Part shown: positions 41,079-49,601 of the stretch, piece by piece | How the letters are laid out: each line of letters opens with the position of its first letter | Numbering within the stretch: the first letter of the stretch is position 1 | Program-made: the position numbers and the translations under genes | The notes under the pieces: model-generated | The model's input: only the letters and a program-made list of their open reading frames with translations | Database searches by the model: none | Told to the model about the DNA's origin: nothing | Assembly (NCBI GenBank): GCA_029934515.1 | Contig: JAOZMB010000001.1 | Coordinates: forward strand, 1 to 62,300 | DNA: 62,300 nucleotides | Origin: Bacteroidales bacterium | GTDB taxonomy: Bacteria; Bacteroidota; Bacteroidia; Bacteroidales; JAADGE01 | Direction: 5' to 3'

Positions 41079-41111
41079 ACTGTCGGTGTGGCTTTAAGTC
41101 ATGCCAACAGT
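41079..41111. repeat. 33-nt palindromic element, copy 2 (ACTGTCGGTGTGGCTTTAAGTCATGCCAACAGT)
   Basis: Lies 29 nt downstream of the accD stop. It has the same orientation and outer arms as the copy at 4526-4558. Confidence 0.6.
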
Positions 41112-41185
41112 TTATATAATTACATTATTTTGAGGTATAATATACTTTTCAATTAAAATTTTAATAGTAAAAGAAAACAAATCTT

Positions 41186-43027
41186 ATGAAGCATATTTTT
41201 AGATTATTTATAACTGTAACATTTATATTTTTGTTATTGTTTTCATTAAAAGCTCAGGATTTAAATATAGAACTGGAAATAAATAATAAATCAAATGAAA
41301 TAAATGATGCTTTTGTAATTGCCAAAGTAACTGGCGGAACGTCTCCTTATGTATATAAGTGGACAAATCAATCTACACCGTTGGAATCAAATAAATCAGA
41401 AAGTCTAACAGAGGGAAAAGAATATATTTTAGAAGTAAGCGATGATTCAGGCAAGCGCAAGAAAATTATTTTTACAGTTCCAACAGAATCGGTTGATGAA
41501 AAAATAAACTCTTTTTTTGTTCCTATTGTCGATGCTGTTGGCAGGATTTTGATGTTTGATATTTTTGCGGTATTAAATATTTATGACCCTGTTTTGACTG
41601 ATGATAATGATAATATTTTGTATCATGCAAACGGCGATGAAAAAAAAATGAAGATTCCTTTTGTTGTTGTATGGCTTGTTTTTGGTGCGTTGTTTTTTAC
41701 AATAAAAATGAACTTTATAAATTTTAAAGGTTTTAAACATGCAATTGATTTAATTAGAGGAAAATACGATGACCCTTCTCATAAAGGTGAAGTTTCGCAT
41801 TTCCAAGCCCTGGCAACGGCATTGTCAGCTACGGTTGGACTTGGGAATATTGCAGGAGTGGCAATAGCTATTTCTCTTGGCGGCCCAGGTGCAACTTTCT
41901 GGATGGTTGTTGCGGGACTGCTCGGTATGGCTTCAAAATTTACGGAAGTTACTCTCGGAGTGAAATATCGAAATATAGATTCCGATGGTCAGGTGTCTGG
42001 AGGCCCTATGTTTTATCTTAGTAAAGCACTGAAAAAGAGAAACATGGGAATGCTCGGTAAAATACTTGCAGGTCTTTTTGCTGTTCTTGTTATTGGCGGT
42101 TCATTAGGTGGTGGTAATATGTTTCAAGCCAATCAATCATTTTCTCAATTTTCAAGTATTATTCCGGGCATAGATGGATACGGAGCTTATTACGGAATTA
42201 TTTTGGCTCTACTTATAGGTGTTGTTGTTCTCGGTGGAATAAAAAGTATTGCAAAAGTAACTGAAAAAATTGTTCCATTTATGGCTTTTTTATATGTTGG
42301 TACGGCACTTGTCATAATAGGAATAAATATTACAAATGCTGGTGATGCTTTCGGACTTATTTTTAATGGAGCTTTTTCTGCTGATGCTTTGAAGGGTGGA
42401 ATTATTGGAGTTCTTATTGTTGGATTTCAACGTGCCGCTTTTTCAAACGAAGCGGGTGTAGGTTCTGCATCAATAGCGCATGCGGCTGTTAAAACAGACA
42501 AACCAATAAGTGAAGGTTTTGTTGCTCTATTAGAACCATTTATAGATACAGTTGTGATATGTACAATGACTGCTCTTGTTATTATTTTTACTGGTTACAA
42601 CGACCCAGAAGTTGCGGCTGGTCTTGAAGGTGCGGCACTTACTTCAAAGGCTTTTGAATCTGTTTTTTTATGGTTTCCTTGGATATTAACAATAGCTATT
42701 TTTCTTTTCGCATTTTCTTCGATGATTTCTTGGTCATATTATGGACTCAATGGTTTCAAATATCTTTTTGGAAAATTTCTTGGCAAACGAAAGATAACAA
42801 AAAATTTGTATATGGGGTCTCTTATTTATTATATTATTTTTCTTATTTTTGTTGTAATAGGTTCGGCTTCCAGTCTTGGTGCTGTTGTAGATTTTTCAGA
42901 TTTTATGATATTAAGTATGGCTTTTCCAAATATTCTGGGACTTATTATTCTAGCGCCAGAAGTAAAACAAGATTTAAAAGATTATATGAAACAAATAAAA
43001 GACGGAACAATTAAGAAATTTAAATAA
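41186..43027 (+). CDS. alanine/glycine:cation symporter (AGCS) family transporter with an extra N-terminal extracytoplasmic SprB-repeat-like domain
   Basis: AGCS body (GEVSHFQALATALSATVGLGNIAGVAIAI..., FQRAAFSNEAGVGSASIAHAA). The first ~130 aa are a signal/anchor plus AFVIAKVTGGTSPYVYKWTNQS...LTEGKEYILEVSDDSG. Confidence 0.85.
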   Translation: MKHIFRLFITVTFIFLLLFSLKAQDLNIELEINNKSNEINDAFVIAKVTGGTSPYVYKWTNQSTPLESNKSESLTEGKEYILEVSDDSGKRKKIIFTVPTESVDEKINSFFVPIVDAVGRILMFDIFAVLNIYDPVLTDDNDNILYHANGDEKKMKIPFVVVWLVFGALFFTIKMNFINFKGFKHAIDLIRGKYDDPSHKGEVSHFQALATALSATVGLGNIAGVAIAISLGGPGATFWMVVAGLLGMASKFTEVTLGVKYRNIDSDGQVSGGPMFYLSKALKKRNMGMLGKILAGLFAVLVIGGSLGGGNMFQANQSFSQFSSIIPGIDGYGAYYGIILALLIGVVVLGGIKSIAKVTEKIVPFMAFLYVGTALVIIGINITNAGDAFGLIFNGAFSADALKGGIIGVLIVGFQRAAFSNEAGVGSASIAHAAVKTDKPISEGFVALLEPFIDTVVICTMTALVIIFTGYNDPEVAAGLEGAALTSKAFESVFLWFPWILTIAIFLFAFSSMISWSYYGLNGFKYLFGKFLGKRKITKNLYMGSLIYYIIFLIFVVIGSASSLGAVVDFSDFMILSMAFPNILGLIILAPEVKQDLKDYMKQIKDGTIKKFK

Positions 43028-43033
43028 TGATAA

Positions 43034-43158
43034 TTAGTTTTTAGTTTTTAGTTCTTAGTTTTTAGTTCTTAGTTTTTAGTTTTTAGTTTTTAATTCTTAG
43101 TTTTTAAAATAATAATTCCTTGGTTTTCAATACTTAAATATTTTGATGCGTCTGTCCT
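43034..43158 (+). repeat. composite repeat E1: ~10 tandem heptamers (TTTTTAG/TTCTTAG) followed by the conserved core TTGGTTTTCAATACTTAAATATTTTGATGCGTCTGTCCT
   Basis: The tandem 7-nt periodicity is directly visible at 43034-43106. The core aligns with the cores at 46238-46277 (reverse), 49503-49540 and 25446-25465. Confidence 0.8.
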
Positions 43159-43200
43159 AAATGATAAATTGTAATTTTTTTATTATAATACCAATATATA

Positions 43201-44133
43201 ATGCCTTCAAAAAAACATGAACGAATAAAAAAAATGCTTCAGACAGCTTCCAATCGTATGAAACGAAAAGGAAGGATACCAATTTTTAAACACATGCGAC
43301 CAGTTCTTGAGTTGAGTACAATATTTTCGATGCTACCATGGGGTGTTCATTTTAAAAAGGTTGTTCTTGAAAACAAATCATGTTTTAGGAAAGTAGTAGC
43401 TGAAGTTATAATACCAAGCAAAGCTGTAAATACTTATCAAATAATACTTTACATGCACGGTGGTGGCTATACGATAGGCTCTTTGCACACACACAGAGCA
43501 TTAGTCGGACGGCTTGCCAAAAAAACTAATCGTGTAGGAATTATTATTGAATATCGTAAAGCACCAGAGAATCCTTTCCCAGCCGCTGTAAACGATGCTG
43601 TGATTAGTTATAAAGCTCTTCTTGAACGAGGTAAAAAACCAAAAGATATTATATTTGTTGGAGATTCTGCTGGTGGAGGATTAGTAATTGCAACACAACT
43701 TGCGCTTAAAGAGCAAAAAATACCACTACCGGGAGCGGGTGTATGTATATCGCCTTGGGTGGATCTTACTGTCAGCAACAAATCTATTGAAAAAAATAAA
43801 AATAATGACCCGCTTGTTGATAAAGAAAAAATGCAATTATGGTCTAAAATGTATTCTGGAAAATATCCAGTTACACACCCACAAATATCACCAGTTTTTG
43901 CTGATTTAAAAGGACTATCTCCTTTACTTATTCAGGTCAGCAATGCCGAAATGTTATATGATGATTCGTTAAATATTGTAAAAAAAGCAGAGGAAGACGG
44001 TGTTGAAGTAAATCTGCAAGTATTCGATGGACTTATACACTGGTGGCATCTATTTCAAAAAACAGTACCCGAAGCGAAAGATGCTATTGACAAAATTGCT
44101 GTATTTATAAATAATATATTTAGTACATCATAA
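43201..44133 (+). CDS. alpha/beta hydrolase, hormone-sensitive-lipase-like esterase family
   Basis: Oxyanion HGGGY motif, nucleophile elbow GDSAGGG, and a C-terminal His block LIHWWH. Confidence 0.8.
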   Translation: MPSKKHERIKKMLQTASNRMKRKGRIPIFKHMRPVLELSTIFSMLPWGVHFKKVVLENKSCFRKVVAEVIIPSKAVNTYQIILYMHGGGYTIGSLHTHRALVGRLAKKTNRVGIIIEYRKAPENPFPAAVNDAVISYKALLERGKKPKDIIFVGDSAGGGLVIATQLALKEQKIPLPGAGVCISPWVDLTVSNKSIEKNKNNDPLVDKEKMQLWSKMYSGKYPVTHPQISPVFADLKGLSPLLIQVSNAEMLYDDSLNIVKKAEEDGVEVNLQVFDGLIHWWHLFQKTVPEAKDAIDKIAVFINNIFSTS

Positions 44134-44160
44134 ACTTTCAACTTGTGAAATCAGCAAAAA

Positions 44161-44211
44161 AATCAGACTTTGTTCTAAAAAAGAAATATTTTAGAACAAA
44201 GCATTCTGATT
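44161..44211. terminator. bidirectional terminator between convergent esterase and caspase genes
   Basis: A perfect 13-bp stem CTTTGTTCTAAAA/TTTTAGAACAAAG (44168-44201) nested in an outer AATCAGA/TCTGATT stem. T-runs on both strands. Confidence 0.65.
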
Positions 44212-44269
44212 CTTTTATTTTTAATAATTATTATATTCATAATTCAAATATTCCTACAGGAAAAATATT

Positions 44270-46195
44270 TTATTGTTTTGTAATAATCACAAAATCATAA
44301 GTACAGCATTTGTTTGTTACTATTGTTCTATATGATATTTCATTTCCTTCTATTAATGCAGTTAAAAAATTTTCAAACTCTGTATATTCTTGTGTAAAAT
44401 TTCTTGATATTCCTTCAATAATTGATGGAAGTTGGTAAAGTGGTTGTGATGATGCAATTATTTTAAAATGTTCCAGACCATAAGGAGGTGATATATCAAG
44501 ACTAATTTCCATTGAGCCTCCTTTTGGTTCAAGTTTAAAATCTGTTGGGCTTTGTCTGTACTCAGTGTATGGACAAATCAGATTAGGTTTATTGTCTGGT
44601 TGAAAATCAATTAACTGATAATATAAAAGATAATCGCTGTTATTATTTATTTTTATTTTAAGTATCTGTTTTGATTGGAAAACAAAATAACCTAATTTTT
44701 TGTTAGATGCAGGTAAGACTTCTGCACTGATTTTAAATTTATCATTATTTATTTCAAGGTTCTTTAAGATAACTGTTTTATTATAATTTTTGCAGATTTC
44801 CATTATTTTCTTTTTAATTTCGATATTATGATTTATAAGTTTCACAGAATGATTATATTTATTTATTGTATAATAAAATGACAGTTTTATTGAGTCATTA
44901 TCAATTTTTTGTGAAACAATAATATCAGCTTTTGAGCTATCGCTTTCGAGTAAAATGAATTTCGATTTATTAATAACAGAGAGCAAATATTTATTTTCAT
45001 ATATTTCATATGACATATACAGTTTTATTTTGTGTGGTTGTAGCTGTCTTTTTTCAATAAAAAAACGCATTTTTTTAAGTTCTTTTTTGTTTATTTTTTT
45101 GTTTATTTTTACTCTGGAGGAGAACGCCTTCGCTTCAATTACAACTGCATCAGCTTTTTTCGAACTCTCATTTTGGTTTTGTGTATCCTGATTGTAAATT
45201 CCTAAAATAGTGCCTTTTGTAATATTAGCCAATTTGCCGTTGTTAATAATTACAATAGAATCATTTTCTATTTTTTCTATTATACTGTATTGTTTATGAG
45301 TTGAAATTTTATCCGAAAAAAGAAAATTATTAAGCTCGCCTTCAGCTGTTGGAAACTGTCCTTTTGTATTGTTTGCAAAAGAAATCTTAATGTGTTCAAA
45401 AAGGGCTTTGTAAGTTCTTATATTTTTATTTGTTAAGCCTTTATATAAAAAATAAGACAACGGACCTATGAAGTCTTCTGTTCCTGAAATTTTAATTTCT
45501 TTATTTTTTTTGTGCTGCATTGATGCCGAAAATATTATAAAAGAAGCTACTTTATTGTCTTCCTTCGTGAAATCAAATCCACTTTCGTCTATACGAATTT
45601 CCTTTAATTTATTTTTACAATCGCTAGTGATAAATTTACCATATTTTTTTTCCTGTTTTATTTCTCTTGACATACTTTCTGAATTACAGGCATCAATTGT
45701 AAAAAAAATATTACCTTTACTTCCAGTTTTTTTTCTCAGTTCTTGAATAATTTTTTTTAAATTGTCATCTCTAATATGTTCTTCTCCATTATATGATTTT
45801 GAGGATTTATTTTTTGCAGCATAACAAACCAATGACTCATCATAACCGTCAATTTCATCTTTATTGTCATCGCATATCTGTTGTCCGTGTCCAGAGAAGT
45901 GAAAATAAAAAATGTCACCGTATTTTAGATTGTTTGTTATGCTGGTAAATGTATCTAATATTGCTTTTTTTGATGCCTTAGAGTTCTGAAGAACAATTAT
46001 ATTTTTCTCTTCAAAACCGCGATATATAAGTCCATTTTTTATTAATTCTACATCTAAATCTGTATGTAGAATACCCCATTCTTTGGTATATTTGTATTCA
46101 GAAATACCAACAATAAGTGCATATTTATTGTTATTTTGTGCAAAACTTTGTAATAAAATTAAAAATAAAAACTGAAAAATTAGAAATAATCTCAT
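44270..46195 (-). CDS. secreted caspase-like (peptidase C14) protein with ~380 aa unassigned C-terminal region
   Basis: Signal peptide MRLFLIFQFLFLILLQSFAQ. KYALIVGISEY, catalytic His in FHFSGHG, catalytic Cys in FFTIDACNSE. Confidence 0.8.
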   Translation of the reverse strand: MRLFLIFQFLFLILLQSFAQNNNKYALIVGISEYKYTKEWGILHTDLDVELIKNGLIYRGFEEKNIIVLQNSKASKKAILDTFTSITNNLKYGDIFYFHFSGHGQQICDDNKDEIDGYDESLVCYAAKNKSSKSYNGEEHIRDDNLKKIIQELRKKTGSKGNIFFTIDACNSESMSREIKQEKKYGKFITSDCKNKLKEIRIDESGFDFTKEDNKVASFIIFSASMQHKKNKEIKISGTEDFIGPLSYFLYKGLTNKNIRTYKALFEHIKISFANNTKGQFPTAEGELNNFLFSDKISTHKQYSIIEKIENDSIVIINNGKLANITKGTILGIYNQDTQNQNESSKKADAVVIEAKAFSSRVKINKKINKKELKKMRFFIEKRQLQPHKIKLYMSYEIYENKYLLSVINKSKFILLESDSSKADIIVSQKIDNDSIKLSFYYTINKYNHSVKLINHNIEIKKKIMEICKNYNKTVILKNLEINNDKFKISAEVLPASNKKLGYFVFQSKQILKIKINNNSDYLLYYQLIDFQPDNKPNLICPYTEYRQSPTDFKLEPKGGSMEISLDISPPYGLEHFKIIASSQPLYQLPSIIEGISRNFTQEYTEFENFLTALIEGNEISYRTIVTNKCCTYDFVIITKQ

Positions 46196-46237
46196 AATTA
46201 TAGATATTGAAAATAAACAATTATCAATTATTTATTA

Positions 46238-46379
46238 TGGCAGATGCATCAAAATATTAAAGTACTGAAAATCAAACAATTACTATTTTAAAAACATAAC
46301 AAATAGAAAATAGAAATTAAAAACTAACAAATAGAAACTAACCACTAACCACTAACCACTAACAAATAGCCACTAAAAA
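46238..46379 (-). repeat. composite repeat E2 (inverted orientation): core ATGGCAGATGCATCAAAATATTAAAGTACTGAAAATCAAAC followed by CTAACCA/CTAACAA heptamers
   Basis: The reverse complement gives TTAGTGG x3 heptamers plus the core TTTGATTTTCAGTACTTTAATATTTTGATGCATCTGCCAT. It fills the gap between the two caspase genes. Confidence 0.8.
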
Positions 46380-46382
46380 ACA

Positions 46383-48539
46383 TCAATTATTTATATTTCT
46401 TACAAAAATAAATTCTCCGTTTTGGTCTCCTGTATCATTAATAACTCGAAGCTGTGGCATATTATTAGTTTTACTTGTAACGTCTTCGTTTATTTCATTA
46501 AATAAATCGCTTGCTGATAAATATGGTCTTTTATTTCTAATTAAGGCATTGATAAAATATTCAAAAAAAACACTCTCATTTGGGACTGGTTTAAGTTCGG
46601 CACTTGTCAAAGCCTGACGGCTTTTTTTTGCATATTTTTTTTTGATATATATAGAGAGATGAGATTCTTTATATTCTGTGGAAGATTTATTTTTTTTTGC
46701 ATTTATACTATTACCTGAGTTTTGTTTATTTATGTTCCTAAATATACCACCGCTGTAGCAGGCATCATTAACTAATAAAGTGTGGAGTGAGTTAATTTTT
46801 TGTATATCGTCTCTTAATTGACTATAATATATATATTTGCTTGTTTTTTTATTATCTGCATCTGAGGGCAACCAATAACCTATTGCATTTTCTTGGTCAT
46901 ATGTTCCGTGTCCAGCATAAAATATTAAAAGATTGTCTTTTTCGGTAATTATTCTTTCTAGTTCGTTAAATTTATCAATAATATCTTCGCGTGTAGGATT
47001 AGATAATAACATTATATTTTTTTCCTTAAAATTATAATCTTTAATTAGAACATTTTTTAATCTTTCAGCATCTTCTATTGGTTTATTTTCCAGGTCTGGA
47101 ATGGAGTCATGTTCGTATTCGCTTATTGGTATCATTAGAACATAATTTTTCCCGATGCCAAGCAAATTTTTAGGTGCTGGATAGTTAGTAATAGAGAACT
47201 TTTTTCTTACAGAGTTTCCTCTTTTGTCTATAGCACGGACAACAAATATACTATCATCGTTGTCAATCCAAGCATTTGTAAAAATACTGTCATTATTTGA
47301 ACTATCTATAGACATTTTTTGATTATTTATAAATATTGAATCTATCTCATTTTCACTTGTTAGAAGCATACATACTTCAAATTTATTTTCAATAATTTTT
47401 CGAGGTTTTGTATTTCTTTGTATCATTTTTCTTGTATCTATATGTGCTGTTAATACAATATCTTTGATAGTCAATTCTCCACGGTCAATTTCTATAACAA
47501 TAATTTCGTATTCTGGTTTTACCTTTTTCCTTTTGAAAATATAGCGGTTCGTATTTTTAAAAATATAATTTTTGCCCGTAGCGGGCATAAAAATATTGGC
47601 ACTAATAATAGCCGCAGAGTATTCTCCAGTTAAAGCAAATAAAGCATCTCTGAAAATGGCTTTTTTTATATTGTTGCAAAAAAGCTCGGCTTCTGAACGA
47701 GGAACTGACACGTATATATTTGGAAAAAAATCAAAATCTATTTTAACTGTTTCACTATCCGAATCATACTTGGCACTTAAAATCTCGGAATCCAATATAG
47801 GTAAAAGCTTCTCGGATAATTTCTTTTGTGTTAAACTGTCTCGTCTATTGTCTATCTTATCGTTATATGTTCTTTTAAAATAATATTCGGTACTTTTAAA
47901 ATCGTCTTTTTTTAGCCAAACAGCCATATCATCGTTTACATATTCAGTAACTATTTTTTTCAATGGAAGTAATAATTTGTATATATCTATTAAATTATTA
48001 TGACTTAAAACAAGAAATTTACTGTTAGAACTGAAATCAATAGAAAAAATCTGACCACGACCTAAAGAAATAGTTTTAATACATTTAAAATTTTTATCTA
48101 TTATCTCATATATTTTTATTTCTTTGTTAGAAGAAAAAAGAAAAAAACGACCGTTAGGACTAAATTTAACAAATGAAATTTCTTTTTCATAATATTCAAA
48201 AGTTTTAATAAGTTCAAATTTATCATCGTTTTTACTATATATTTCAACATAATCGCTGCCGACAGCTAAAAAATTATTGTCTGGACTAAAACTAATACTA
48301 TAAATATGTTCGTCAAATTTAATAGTTTCAATAAGTTTAAAAGTAGCATCTATTATCTTATATATCTTAACTGTCTTATCTCGGGAACAAGTGGATAAAA
48401 ATTGACCGTCTTCACTGAAATTTGTGATAAAAACATCTTTGCTATGAGAATCAAGTGTTGTGTGAAATTTAATTCCTGATTGTGCAAATAAATAAATACT
48501 TATTAACAATAGCGGTAAAGTAGAAATAATTTTCTTCAT
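46383..48539 (-). CDS. secreted WD40-like repeat protein fused to a C-terminal caspase-like (peptidase C14) domain
   Basis: Signal peptide MKKIISTLPLLLISIYLFAQS. About four WD40-like blades (FSEDGQFLSTCSRDKTVKIYK, FSPDNNFLAVGS, FSPNGRFFLFSS, FSSNSKFLVLS). Caspase His in LIFYAGHG...GYWLPSDAD and Cys in LLVNDACYSGG. Confidence 0.8.
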   Translation of the reverse strand: MKKIISTLPLLLISIYLFAQSGIKFHTTLDSHSKDVFITNFSEDGQFLSTCSRDKTVKIYKIIDATFKLIETIKFDEHIYSISFSPDNNFLAVGSDYVEIYSKNDDKFELIKTFEYYEKEISFVKFSPNGRFFLFSSNKEIKIYEIIDKNFKCIKTISLGRGQIFSIDFSSNSKFLVLSHNNLIDIYKLLLPLKKIVTEYVNDDMAVWLKKDDFKSTEYYFKRTYNDKIDNRRDSLTQKKLSEKLLPILDSEILSAKYDSDSETVKIDFDFFPNIYVSVPRSEAELFCNNIKKAIFRDALFALTGEYSAAIISANIFMPATGKNYIFKNTNRYIFKRKKVKPEYEIIVIEIDRGELTIKDIVLTAHIDTRKMIQRNTKPRKIIENKFEVCMLLTSENEIDSIFINNQKMSIDSSNNDSIFTNAWIDNDDSIFVVRAIDKRGNSVRKKFSITNYPAPKNLLGIGKNYVLMIPISEYEHDSIPDLENKPIEDAERLKNVLIKDYNFKEKNIMLLSNPTREDIIDKFNELERIITEKDNLLIFYAGHGTYDQENAIGYWLPSDADNKKTSKYIYYSQLRDDIQKINSLHTLLVNDACYSGGIFRNINKQNSGNSINAKKNKSSTEYKESHLSIYIKKKYAKKSRQALTSAELKPVPNESVFFEYFINALIRNKRPYLSASDLFNEINEDVTSKTNNMPQLRVINDTGDQNGEFIFVRNINN

Positions 48540-48595
48540 AAGATTATTGATTATTAGTTATTAATTAATTTGATTAAAATTTATAAATATAATTG

Positions 48596-49423
48596 TCAAT
48601 AGATATAAAATTTTCCTAAATATACCTCTTCTCCGAATAGTTCCAACTTCCAATAATATAATCCATGTTTTAAAGTTTTCTTAGGAATTGTATGTCTTTC
48701 GTAAATTCCGTTTATAACATAATAAACGGAATTTTTGTTGAAAACAGTAAGCGTAACAACAGCATCGGTCTCCAAAATTTCCCAATTAAAGTTTATAGAT
48801 TCAAAAGAGTTAAAAATATAATCGTTCTCTGGAAAAACTTTATCAGAAGAACGGATAGAACCAAGAAAGTAATCAGATAAACGCTTCTCATAGTCAGGGT
48901 CTTTTCCTGAGATAAGAAATTTACAGGCTCTCTTAAATATGTTTTCTTTATTTGATTTTAGTTCTGCGTTTTCTTTCTCCAAGACTTTTTTATTTTTTAC
49001 AAGTTCTATATTCTTTTTTCTTATATCATGCAAGCCCGACAACAATTTTTTATTTTTTACGATTTGTGATTTGCCGTGTTTTATCTGTTCTTTCAATTTT
49101 TGGCTCTCTTCTGTATATTTTTTTTGAACAATATTATTGGTCAAAAATATTGATAAACATACAAATATTAAAATAGAAGCGGCATATCTTAAAACACGTC
49201 TTAAGTTAATATTATTTTTTTTTTTAATTGATAAAATTTTATTAACTGGAGACACATAATTTTGTGTATAAACATTCATTGTTGCGTTCATTTGCAGGAA
49301 GAATTTAAAATCATTTGCAAATGATTTGTCATTGTTCATAAAATTTTTAAGTGCAAAAGTTTCGGATTTTGTTAGACGGTCATTTATAAATTTCTCCGCG
49401 TAAAATACTATTTTTTTATTCAT
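48596..49423 (-). CDS. single-pass membrane protein with anti-sigma-factor-like N-terminus and coiled coil (275 aa)
   Basis: The N-terminal helical segment FINDRLTKSETFALKNFMNNDKSFANDFKFF resembles the cytoplasmic segment of Bacteroidota anti-sigma-like proteins. TM helix VLRYAASILIFVCLSIFL. The extracytoplasmic C-terminus ends GLYYWKLE. This is a weak call. Confidence 0.45.
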   Translation of the reverse strand: MNKKIVFYAEKFINDRLTKSETFALKNFMNNDKSFANDFKFFLQMNATMNVYTQNYVSPVNKILSIKKKNNINLRRVLRYAASILIFVCLSIFLTNNIVQKKYTEESQKLKEQIKHGKSQIVKNKKLLSGLHDIRKKNIELVKNKKVLEKENAELKSNKENIFKRACKFLISGKDPDYEKRLSDYFLGSIRSSDKVFPENDYIFNSFESINFNWEILETDAVVTLTVFNKNSVYYVINGIYERHTIPKKTLKHGLYYWKLELFGEEVYLGKFYIY

Positions 49424-49444
49424 AATTTTTTGTGTTTTGTAAGA

Positions 49445-49540
49445 TTTTAGTTTCTATTTGTTAGTGGTTAGTTGCTATTTATCTATTTTTTTATAGTAAT
49501 TCTTTGATTTTCAGCACTTAAATATTTTGATGCGTGCCAT
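49445..49540 (+). repeat. composite repeat E3: TTAGTTT/TTAGTGG heptamer-like tract plus core TTTGATTTTCAGCACTTAAATATTTTGATGCGTGCCAT
   Basis: The core aligns almost base-for-base with E2 (reverse complement) and E1. Confidence 0.8.
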
Positions 49541-49601
49541 ATTATTAGTAACTTTTGTAAAACTGTAAGAAGCAAAAACTAATTTATTATTTAACGATTA
49601 C

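Noticed and set aside
42670-43014. A 114 aa alternative-frame ORF inside the AGCS gene, and similar nested ORFs throughout the track (for example 2675-2986, 5077-5665, 14362-14796, 25993-26385, 31166-31609, 34624-35019, 38159-38557, 40106-40327).
   Set aside because: All are embedded in, or antisense to, genes with strong family motifs. Their products are low-complexity and typical of AT-rich off-frame translation.
43034-43106. Tandem TTTTTAG heptamers considered as a CRISPR array or a coding repeat.
   Set aside because: The period is 7 nt with no spacers. Stop codons occur in all frames on both strands. It is a noncoding microsatellite-like tract that forms part of a composite repeat.
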